Below are positions 32,615 to 41,336 of a DNA stretch of 64,000 bases, in pieces. Position 1 is the stretch's first letter. The number at the start of each line of letters is the position of its first letter. Made by a program: the position numbers and the translations under genes. The stretch is from Candidatus Latescibacterota bacterium (GTDB lineage Bacteria > Latescibacterota > UBA2968): positions 3,424,001 through 3,488,000 of the forward strand of contig OZ240241.1 of the NCBI GenBank assembly GCA_965198115.1, in the 5' to 3' direction. The notes under the pieces were generated by a model. That model did not search any database. It was given only the letters and a program-made list of their open reading frames with translations, and was not told the DNA's origin.

Positions 32615-33675
32615 GGCTGCCCCCCCGCTGAGAACGCCAAATGCTCATAAAAGTCACCGAACAGATCGATCACATAGGTTGCTTTTCCGGTGTATCGCAT
32701 TTTGAGCAATTGGGAAAAATCGAACAGCACAGAATCCTCGTAAGTCCCGGACCTCAACCCCTCACCCAACGCGACCAGCGCCTCGTCGGACTGGCGGTCG
32801 AACGCGATCGCTTCCTCTTCGCGACCGAGCGAAGCCAGAACCATCGCGTGATCGTTCAGCAGCATCATTCTCGTGCGCTCATCGCCAGCGGCCGTAGCCT
32901 TCTCGAGCGCCCTGGCCAGGGTCGTGAGGGCATCGTCGTGCTTGCCCGACTTCCATTCGGCAACACCGACATTGCGCTGGGCCAGTAGGGCACCGTCGGC
33001 ATCCCCCGCTTCCTCGTAGATGCGCCGGGCTCGTTCGAACAGCCCGGTGGCAGAACCGTGTCCCCCGCTCGACCCTTCTATCCGGCCCAGCCGAGACACG
33101 CACTGCGCAATGGCCAGACTGTCGCCTCAACCCTCCACGGCGCTGATCAGACCCAGATACTTGATGTATCCGTCCTGCACACGATTGCCCTGGCCCGATT
33201 GTCCCAGCACCTCGGCGTGGCAGGGCTCGACTTCGCTCGGTTCGAGCAGCTCCAGAGCCGTCCCCATTTCGGCGATGGCCTTTTCCGGCTCCATGTTCCC
33301 GAACTGGCGCGAGTCGAGAAAAGCCGTGATCGCCCTGGCCCGCGCGAGTTTCCCGACCAGTACGCCGTTCTTCGTCCCACCGAGAAACTCACGGGCCTTC
33401 TCTTGGAAGGAAGCCGCCTCCTCGAGCCTACCGTAGATGGCGTACACACCTCCCAAGTTGGCGGCTGCGATAGCGGCCCGGGCGGGGTCGCCCGACTTTT
33501 CATAGACTGCCCAGGCAGAGTCAGCGAGGGTCCTGGCCGCCTCCCACGATCGGGCGTGAAAGGCCTGTGCGGTTGCGGCGTTGAGATCGTTCTCGGCCCT
33601 TCCACGAGACGGGACCCCGAGCAGAAGAGCGACCCCCAGCGCACCGCACAGCGACGTGCTCAGTTGATTTTTCAA
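32611..33675 (-). pseudogene. Secreted TPR-like protein with an in-frame TGA at 33127-33129
   Basis: RBS GAGGAGG; signal-like N-terminus; TPR-like helices (NLGGVYAIYGRLEEA, NVGVAEWKSGKHDDA); the two ORFs share one frame across AVEG*GDSLA. Confidence 0.7.
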
Positions 33676-33713
33676 CGAGAACCTCCTCGGGGTGGGAACG
33701 TGGCATCCACTAA

Positions 33714-34974
33714 GTGCATGGTTTCATAAACATTATTACGTATGTCTTGAACATTATTTGTAGCTTATGTTCTCCTTCAAAAGGAGGAGAACAATGCCAA
33801 GACGTTCGCCTTATGTGGTGCTACTGTCTGAGAAGGAACGGGTCGACCTCGAGCGAATGGCTGGACAATATACGTTACCGTATTATCAAGTGATCCGATC
33901 GAAAATCGTGCTTCTCGCCGCCGAGGGATTATCCAACAAGATTATCGCCCAACGGTTGGATGTCCCGCGTCCGATCGTAAGCAAATGGCGTAAGCGCTTT
34001 TTCGAAGAGCGTCTTTCGGGACTCGAAGATAGATCTCGTCCCGGGCGCCCGCCCGGTTTTCCCCCCTCAGGTGGTCGTTCAGATCAAGGCGCTGGCGTGT
34101 GAACTACCGAGCGAGAGCGGGATACCGCTCTCGCGGTTCAGCTGTTCCGAGATTGCCGCCGAGGCAGTGCAAAGGGGCTTCGTTGCCAAGATCAGCGGCG
34201 CCACTGTCTGGCGCTGGTTGAACGAGGACGCGATTCGTCCTTGGTATCATCGCTCCTGGATTTTCCCACGGGACCCGGACTTCCAAACCAAAGCAGGTAG
34301 AGTCCTTGATCTGTATCACCGCCAATGGCAAGGAAAGCCTTTAGGGCCGAGGGAATATGTACTTTCTGCCGACGAAAAGACCAGTATTCAAGCACGAGCT
34401 CGCAAGCACGTTACCCTACCGCCAGCCTCGAACAGAGCGGCACGCGTTGAACACGAATACGAGCGGAAAGGAGCCCTGGCCTATCTGGCTGCTCTCGACG
34501 TGCACAATGGTCGAATCTTCGGTCTCTGTGAGTCTTCTTCGGGTATCGAGCCCTTCAACCGGCTCCTGAGCCTGATCATGAGCCGGAAACCCTATTGCTC
34601 GGCAAAGAAAGTCTACCTCATCGTGGATAATGGCTCCTCGCACCGAGGGCAAACATGCATCGACCGTATCCAGGGGAAGTGGCCAAACATCCACCCCGTT
34701 CACCTTCCGATCCACGCAAGCTGGCTCAATCAGATCGAGATCTACTTCTCGATCCTCAAACGCAAGGCTCTGACACCTATCGAATTTACATCGCTCGAAG
34801 AGCTTGAGGCAAGAATCCTCGGTTTTCAGGAACGCTACGGACGTATCGCCACACCCTTCAAATGGAAGTTCACACGAACAGATCTCGCGGAGATGATCGA
34901 CAAACTCAGGTTCTACGATACGCCCTTGGCAAAGTCTGCTTAGAATACGTCACCGTATTTGAGAACAGGAGTAC
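33714..34974 (+). mobile_element. IS630-family insertion sequence (about 1260 bp)
   Basis: Flanked by a duplicated TAA (33711-13, 34975-77); degenerate TIRs; visibly lower GC than the flanks. Confidence 0.85.
33794..34943 (+). CDS. IS630 transposase, orfA/orfB joined by a -1 frameshift
   Basis: HTH orfA (SKWRKRF..RPGRP); TTTTCCCCCC at 34057-34066; orfB with DEKT, DNGSSH and WLNQIE. Confidence 0.9.
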
Positions 34975-35038
34975 TAAGGCGACGACTACACGCGTCAAGC
35001 GACGATGACAACAGCGTCAGCAAGCTGTCCCCACCGTT

Positions 35039-35054
35039 TGCAACCGTCGTGCCA
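35039..35054 (-). promoter_or_regulatory. sigma54 (RpoN) -24/-12 promoter facing the TPR-kinase-phosphatase operon
   Basis: Minus strand TGGCAC-GACGG-TTGCA matches TGGCAC-N5-TTGCW exactly; intergenic. Confidence 0.75.
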
Positions 35055-35327
35055 CCTGTTTATCAGATTCTAAAAGACTGTCCAACAGCAAGTTTTCACC
35101 ATCTTCGGTAGCGTTTCTCAAGTCATTCCCACAACGGGTTGACCTGCCATTGAGTATCCGGTATTGCAGGCAGACTTGAACGTACGGGGTGCCGACAATT
35201 CAGTCGCTGTGCCAAGTTCGTTGTCGGATCGATGGCCGAAGATCGGCCGCTGCCTCTTTTCGGTTTTCACGCGCACGTAGGCCGTCTTAACTTGGCTCTT
35301 CGGATGAACTTCGCACAAGGAGTATGA

Positions 35328-37901
35328 ATGACCCTCAGGCTGTTTATGGCAACTCTCTTGTTGGGAGCCCCCGCGGCCGCCCAACCCCCCTCTCCCGAAT
35401 CGCACATCGGCTTCCGGGTCGGAACCGACTACAAGATCGCGAGCTGGTCCCAGATCGTCGACTATTTCTCCGTGCTGGCCGACGCCTCCGACCGAATCGA
35501 GGTAGAAACCCTGGGTGAATCCACGAACGGACGCCCGTTCATCGTCGCCCTCATCTCCTCTCCTCAGAATCTCGCTCGGAAGGACGCCATCAAGGCCGAT
35601 CAGCGAAAGCTCGCCGATCCGCGTCTGCTGACCGACGACGAGGCCGGAGACATCGCCTCGCGCGGCAAAGCGGTGGTGCTGATCGGATGCAACATCCACG
35701 CGACGGAGATCGCGTCGTCTCAGATGTCCATGGAACTGGCCCACTCGCTCGTCACTGGCGAAGATGCCGCTATCCGATCGATCAGGGAAAACGTCGTTCT
35801 TCTCCTGGTCCCCTCCATCAACCCCGACGGTATCGACATCGTGCGTGACTGGTATCTGGAAACCCTCGGCACCGCTTGGGAAGGAACCGACCCCCCTCGG
35901 CTTTACCATCCCTACACGGGGCACGACAACAATCGGGATTGGTTCATGCTGACACAGGTGGAGACCCGTCTGATGACCCGCCTGCTCTACCAGATGTGGT
36001 TTCCACAGATCGTCTACGACGTACACCAGATGAAAAACAGCGGCGCGCGTTTCTTCGTGCCACCCTTCTTCGATCCGCTCAACCCGAACGTACCTCCTCT
36101 GCTCCAGCGGCAAATCATGCTCGTCGGTGCCCACATGGCCCACGACCTCCAGGTCCATGACAAACCCGGTGTCATCACCTCCGCCATCTACGACATGTGG
36201 TGGCACGGCGGGTTCAGGAGCACCCCTTACAGACACAACACCGTGGGCGTCCTGACCGAGGCGGCCAGCGCCCGGATCGCGACACCCATCTTCCAGACGC
36301 AGGCTGACCTGACCGGACAGCATCGCGGCCTCCCCAAATACTGGCTGCAGTCGAATTTTCCGCAACCCTGGCAGGGCGGGTGGTGGCGTTTGCGCGACAT
36401 CGTCGACTACGAGCTGATCGCCGCACGATCGTTACTCGCCCTCGCTTCGACCCATCGAAAAGACTGGCTCCAGAACCAGGTGCTGCTCGGCAGGCGTGCG
36501 ATCGACGCAGGTAAAACGGAGCCGCCCTATGCCTTCGTTGTCCCGCTCGGCCAGCACGACCCCGTCGCGGCCTACGAGATGCTTCGCATCCTGCACGAGG
36601 GCGGTGTGGAGATCCACCGCGCCGAACAGGATTTCGAAGCCGACGGTGTCCGCTACGCCCGCGGATCGCACGCCATCCTGATGGCCCAGCCATACCGCGC
36701 CCACGCCAAAGACCTGCTCGAACGACAACGTTACCCGGATCGCCGGGTCGGTGGAGAGGAGGGACCGCCTGAAAAACCCTATGACGTCACGGGCTGGACC
36801 CTCCCCCTCCAGATGGGTGTTCACACCGTGGAGGTGGTCGATTCGTTCGAGGCCGAACTGGTCATTGTCCAGCCTGCCCTGCCAACCCATCGCGTGCCCG
36901 CTGCCGACGCGGGATACTACCTCGCCAACACAACCAACCACGATGTCATCGCCCTGAACCGGCTGACGAAAAAGGGCTACAACGCCTACTGGACGAACGA
37001 GGAGAGCAAGGTGGGCTCGCGCAGGCTGCCGCGGGGCGTGCTGTTCTTCGCATCAAAAGGCGGGTTGACGGCAGAAATGACGAGACTGGCGAATGAACTG
37101 GGTATCGAGCCCCTTTCGGGCAAGAAGCCGGCGCGCGGCTATCGTCTCCGCAAACCTCGTCTCGGCCTCTACCAACCGTATGCGAGCGTCCTAGACAAGG
37201 CTGCGGGCGCAGAAGACGAGGGCTGGACCCGTTGGGTTCTGGAACGGTATGAGTTCGACTACAAGACCCTCTATGACGCGGAAATCCGGGCGGGCGATCT
37301 CGTATCTCGCTACGACGTTATCCTGCTCCCGAACGTTGCGCTGGATCAACTCCTTTCGGGCAATTCGACGGCCGAGATGCCTCCCAGGTATGCGGGTGGC
37401 ATCGGCGACCACGGCGCAGACCAGCTGGTCGCCTTCGTTCACGCCGGGGGCACGCTCATCTGCACGGGGAACGCAACGGAATTCGGCGTAGACCGGTTCG
37501 ATCTGGGGATACAAGAAGTGGAGGGAGATCACGAAACCTTCGACCCCTTCTACGCGCCAGGTTCGATCCTGCAGGTCGATCTCGACGAGACGCATCCCGT
37601 TGCGTTCGGCCGTCGTTCGCCCCTCCCGATCTACTTTGCTCAAAACCCGGTGTTCGAGACGACGGGGTCGGCATTGCCCGTGGCCACCTATCCCAACTTC
37701 AACCCCCTCATGAGCGGCTGGATTCACGGGGACGAGCTGATCAGGAACAAAACCGCCCTGATCGACGCAACTGTAGGGAAGGGGAAAGTCCTTCTGTTCG
37801 GATTTCGCCCCCAACACCGGGCGCAGCCTCACGCCACCTTCAAGCTGCTCTTCAACGCCATCTACTACGGGAACGCTGAACCCGGTGTTCGAGTCAACTG
37901 A
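35328..37901 (+). CDS. Secreted M14 family zinc carboxypeptidase
   Basis: Signal peptide; IHATE, NPDG, DNNRD, DVHQ; C-terminal DEGWTRW domain. Confidence 0.88.
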   Translation: MTLRLFMATLLLGAPAAAQPPSPESHIGFRVGTDYKIASWSQIVDYFSVLADASDRIEVETLGESTNGRPFIVALISSPQNLARKDAIKADQRKLADPRLLTDDEAGDIASRGKAVVLIGCNIHATEIASSQMSMELAHSLVTGEDAAIRSIRENVVLLLVPSINPDGIDIVRDWYLETLGTAWEGTDPPRLYHPYTGHDNNRDWFMLTQVETRLMTRLLYQMWFPQIVYDVHQMKNSGARFFVPPFFDPLNPNVPPLLQRQIMLVGAHMAHDLQVHDKPGVITSAIYDMWWHGGFRSTPYRHNTVGVLTEAASARIATPIFQTQADLTGQHRGLPKYWLQSNFPQPWQGGWWRLRDIVDYELIAARSLLALASTHRKDWLQNQVLLGRRAIDAGKTEPPYAFVVPLGQHDPVAAYEMLRILHEGGVEIHRAEQDFEADGVRYARGSHAILMAQPYRAHAKDLLERQRYPDRRVGGEEGPPEKPYDVTGWTLPLQMGVHTVEVVDSFEAELVIVQPALPTHRVPAADAGYYLANTTNHDVIALNRLTKKGYNAYWTNEESKVGSRRLPRGVLFFASKGGLTAEMTRLANELGIEPLSGKKPARGYRLRKPRLGLYQPYASVLDKAAGAEDEGWTRWVLERYEFDYKTLYDAEIRAGDLVSRYDVILLPNVALDQLLSGNSTAEMPPRYAGGIGDHGADQLVAFVHAGGTLICTGNATEFGVDRFDLGIQEVEGDHETFDPFYAPGSILQVDLDETHPVAFGRRSPLPIYFAQNPVFETTGSALPVATYPNFNPLMSGWIHGDELIRNKTALIDATVGKGKVLLFGFRPQHRAQPHATFKLLFNAIYYGNAEPGVRVN

Positions 37902-37915
37902 ACAGGAGCCGCATC

Positions 37916-39658
37916 GTGCCTGAACATCTCCACATCACCGACCCGGTCGCCCCACCCAACTGGGCTCTGCTGCAGCGCGCCCTGATCGATGCCCAATCCG
38001 AAGCGATCGGCGTCTACTTCCAAAAGTACTTCGACGAACGGGGCTACCTCCAGTGCGTGCCCCGCTGGGGCGGCAACGACGGGCCCGACGACGCGGCCGA
38101 AAACATGCTCAATTGGACGCTGTTACACGCCCTCGGGGCCCCCGACCACGTGCTCGACCGATACAAGATCGCGTGGAACGGCCACCTCAAGCAGTATACG
38201 GAAGCCAAGACCGTCGAGGTCGAGCTGGGGCGTGATGGGATGTACTACAAAGAATTCCCGACAACGTTCGATTGGTTCCACCACGGCGAATGGCTCTCGG
38301 CGTTCGTCCTGCAGGGTCTGACCGACCCGAAGGACGCCGACTACGTCGCCCGAACCCGACGCTATGCGGGATTCTACAACGGTGAAGATGTGCAGGCCTT
38401 GAACTACGACAAAGAACGCAAGCTCATCAAAAGCATGTTCAACGGCAGCCGCGGCCCCCTCCTCCGAAAAGCAACCGCCCTCGACTGGACGGGCGATCCG
38501 ATCGAGATCGAGGGACGTTTCCGTCCAGGTCACGGCGAGGCGACCTTCGAACAGATGCTCGAGCACTTCAAGGACTACACCGACGTCGTCGGCGATCATC
38601 CTCTCAACTTGGGCGCAACGACCCTGGGCTTCAACGCCTTCGCGCTGACCGGCGAAGCGAAATACCGCGACTGGGTCGTCGAATACGTGGACGCGTGGAT
38701 CGAGCGCACCGAGGCCAACGACGGGATCATCCCGAGCAACATCGGTCTGGATGGCACGATCGGAGGAGAGACAGACGGGAAATGGTATGGAGGGTGTTAC
38801 GGGTGGGCGTTCAGCGTGCACAACCCGGCAACCGGCCAGATGAACCATCGGAACTCCAGCATCGGGCGAACGCACTATGCTTTTGCCAACGCCTTCCTCC
38901 TGACGGGCGATCGTCGCTACCTCGACCCCTGGGGTCGTATGCTCGATCAGATCAACAGCCACGCAAAAGAGGTCGACGGCAAGACCGTCTATCCTCGGGG
39001 CTATGGCGACGACGGGTGGTACGCGTTCCAGGAGGAACCGGTCAGCTCTGGCGCCCTCGAGCTCTATTTCTGGACGCAGGACGAGAAAGATCGGCCACGC
39101 ATTCCGGACTCCCCGTGGCTCGACTATGTCGAGGGGCGGAACGACGACTATCCCGCGAGGGCCCTGCGGCACGACTTCGAGCGACTCAGGGCTAAGCTCG
39201 CCCGGATGCGCGCCGACGACAGCGCACCGGATATGCGCATGTCCGACGACATGAACGGCACGAATCCCGCCACGACCGATGCCCTCGTCCAGACGATGCT
39301 CGGCGGCATCCCCACCGGCCGAGTGGGTTACCCCCTTCACTGTCGAGTGCGCTATTTCGATCCCGATCGGCGACGCGCCGGTCTTCCCGAAGACGTTGGC
39401 GCACTCGTGACCGGGTTCGACGACACAACGACTGCGATCGACCTCGTCAACACGAATCCCACGCACGTACGCACCGTCGTCGTGCAAGCTGGCGCCTACG
39501 GCGAGCATCAGATCGAGCAGGTCACCTCCGGTTCGGACACGCTGACGGTCGGGGACCGTGCCTTCGGACTGCGCCTCGATCCGGGGTGCGGCGGATCGCT
39601 TTCCATCCGGCAGAGACGCTACGCGAACACACCGACGCTCGCCTTACCCTGGGTGTAG
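37916..39658 (+). CDS. Conserved-looking hypothetical protein, possibly an (alpha/alpha)-barrel enzyme
   Basis: 580-aa ORF with RBS; aromatic/acidic motifs DGPDDAAE, DWFHHGE, WYGGCYGW. Confidence 0.6.
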   Translation: MPEHLHITDPVAPPNWALLQRALIDAQSEAIGVYFQKYFDERGYLQCVPRWGGNDGPDDAAENMLNWTLLHALGAPDHVLDRYKIAWNGHLKQYTEAKTVEVELGRDGMYYKEFPTTFDWFHHGEWLSAFVLQGLTDPKDADYVARTRRYAGFYNGEDVQALNYDKERKLIKSMFNGSRGPLLRKATALDWTGDPIEIEGRFRPGHGEATFEQMLEHFKDYTDVVGDHPLNLGATTLGFNAFALTGEAKYRDWVVEYVDAWIERTEANDGIIPSNIGLDGTIGGETDGKWYGGCYGWAFSVHNPATGQMNHRNSSIGRTHYAFANAFLLTGDRRYLDPWGRMLDQINSHAKEVDGKTVYPRGYGDDGWYAFQEEPVSSGALELYFWTQDEKDRPRIPDSPWLDYVEGRNDDYPARALRHDFERLRAKLARMRADDSAPDMRMSDDMNGTNPATTDALVQTMLGGIPTGRVGYPLHCRVRYFDPDRRRAGLPEDVGALVTGFDDTTTAIDLVNTNPTHVRTVVVQAGAYGEHQIEQVTSGSDTLTVGDRAFGLRLDPGCGGSLSIRQRRYANTPTLALPWV

Positions 39659-39753
39659 CATCGCGAACTGACACTGTCGGTTTCCTGTGGGGAAACTGCG
39701 AACGTCGTATCCAGCGTCACCCGAATTTCACGCGTGCCACACGGAGGAGGACG

Positions 39754-40572
39754 ATGGAGCTGTCTCTAGCAGGTTGGAGCATCGTTCGGCGATTTCGCGC
39801 CGAGAACGACCCGCTCTCGATTCTGGACTTCCCCAGGGTCTCGAGCGAAGAATTCAGCATCGATGCGATCGAACTGAACAGTCCCTTCTTCGCGTATGCC
39901 GACCCGGACGACAAAGCGACGAGCGCGATCGCCGACGGCCACCTCGCCGAACTCAAACGACGAGCCGACGACCACGGCGTGCGCTGTCTCAACATCGCGG
40001 TGGACGGCCACGGCGACCTAGCGTCGATCGACGAGACCGAGCGCGCCCAGGCCGTCGAGAATCACAGAAAGTGGATCGACGCGTGTGTCGCACTGGGATG
40101 CAACGCTTTCCGCGCCAACGGCGGCGGGCGGGGTGAAGGCGACGACAAGGCCAAGATCGCCCAGTGCATCAAGAGTTTTGGCGACTTGAGCGAGGAGTCG
40201 GGCAAAGCCGGCATACGATTGATGATGGAGAATCACGGCGGGATCTCCTACGACCCCGACCTGATGGTCCGCATCGTGGAGACGATCGGAAGCGACTATT
40301 GCGCGATCCTCGCGGACTTCCTCAACTGGCCCCCGGAGGATGACCGACTCGAAAACCTCAGGACCGTCGCGCCCTACGCCTGGGCGATTCACGGAAAATT
40401 TCTGACCTTCGACGCCGACGGCGAGTCACCCGAAATCGACTGTGGCGCGGCCGTGAAGATTCTGAAAGAGGCAGGCTACAACAACCCCTGGGGTATCGAA
40501 TACGAAGGCAAGACCGACGATCACGAGGGTGTGCTGAAATCCAAAGCCCTGCTTGAAAAGCACCTCGCATAA
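39754..40572 (+). CDS. Sugar phosphate isomerase/epimerase (xylose isomerase-like TIM barrel)
   Basis: RBS GGAGGAGG; MENHGG, DFLN, HGK, GIEYEG. Confidence 0.87.
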   Translation: MELSLAGWSIVRRFRAENDPLSILDFPRVSSEEFSIDAIELNSPFFAYADPDDKATSAIADGHLAELKRRADDHGVRCLNIAVDGHGDLASIDETERAQAVENHRKWIDACVALGCNAFRANGGGRGEGDDKAKIAQCIKSFGDLSEESGKAGIRLMMENHGGISYDPDLMVRIVETIGSDYCAILADFLNWPPEDDRLENLRTVAPYAWAIHGKFLTFDADGESPEIDCGAAVKILKEAGYNNPWGIEYEGKTDDHEGVLKSKALLEKHLA

Positions 40573-40579
40573 CCGATTG

Positions 40580-40602
40580 CGGGCGGACTGTATGTCCGCC
40601 CG
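40580..40602. repeat. GC-rich hairpin (REP-like or terminator)
   Basis: CGGGCGGAC-TGTAT-GTCCGCCCG; no U-tract. Confidence 0.45.
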
Positions 40603-40625
40603 TCACCCAGTGTGTACACCACGCA

Positions 40626-41102
40626 ATGCCTAAAACGATCTATTTAGCCAGTCCCTACGGATTCTCCCCCCATTGGAAATCCGACCTGCTGCCCGCGTTC
40701 GTCGACGCCCTCGAATCCGTCGGCGCGGAGGTGTGGGAACCCTTCTCCAGAAACAATCAGAAGGACTTCTCGAAGGAGGGGTGGGCCTACGAGATCGGCC
40801 AGGCCGACCTGCGCGATACACGGGATGCCGACGCTATTTTCGCCATCGTCAACGGCACGCCTCCGGACGAGGGCGTCATGGTCGAACTGGGGGTCGCCAT
40901 CGCCCTGGGCAAGCCCACCTTCCTGTATCGTGACGACTTTCGGCGGTGCACGGACTGCGAACGCTACCCGCTCAACCTGATGCTGTTCACCGGGTTGCCC
41001 GAACGGGGCTGGGAGGCCTATTACTACACGTCGCTCGAGGAAATCGCGTCGCCTGACAAGGCGCTCGTGCAGTGGCTTGACAACACGTCTAGTCGGCCGT
41101 AA
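40626..41102 (+). CDS. Nucleoside 2-deoxyribosyltransferase family protein
   Basis: IYLASPYGFS, PDEGVMVELG, NLM. Confidence 0.88.
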   Translation: MPKTIYLASPYGFSPHWKSDLLPAFVDALESVGAEVWEPFSRNNQKDFSKEGWAYEIGQADLRDTRDADAIFAIVNGTPPDEGVMVELGVAIALGKPTFLYRDDFRRCTDCERYPLNLMLFTGLPERGWEAYYYTSLEEIASPDKALVQWLDNTSSRP

Positions 41103-41144
41103 CGATTATTACTTCGAGCGATTGTATAACCACAGGGTAGCCCA

Positions 41145-41261
41145 ATGACCGAACAGTTCCTGATTCTCATCTTCATCGCGTTCATCTGGGTTGGCGCCAA
41201 GGAAGACGGGTGTTGCCAGTGTTGGTCCAGGCTGCGCGCTTTTTTGCGTCCCAGATCCTAA
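41145..41261 (+). CDS. Putative 38-aa membrane microprotein
   Basis: MTEQFLILIFIAFIWVGAKEDGCCQCWSRLRAFLRPRS; TATAAC upstream; below the ORF-track length cutoff. Confidence 0.3.
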   Translation: MTEQFLILIFIAFIWVGAKEDGCCQCWSRLRAFLRPRS

Positions 41262-41336
41262 TTCTCAGAGTTCGCCGTACACGCACAAGGTCGGCCCAGA
41301 CGGGCCGACCTTGTCTTTTTAGCCGTTGGTTTGATT

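Noticed and set aside
34057-34066. IS630 split ORF as a pseudogene
   Set aside because: An orfA/orfB -1 overlap at a slippery run is common in IS630 elements
24006-34974. Composite transposon carrying the kinase operon
   Set aside because: The two IS elements belong to different families and each has its own target duplication, so they inserted independently
35100-35327. Riboswitch or ncRNA upstream of the M14 peptidase
   Set aside because: Only short hairpins and no family consensus I can recognise; no tRNA or rRNA seen anywhere in the window
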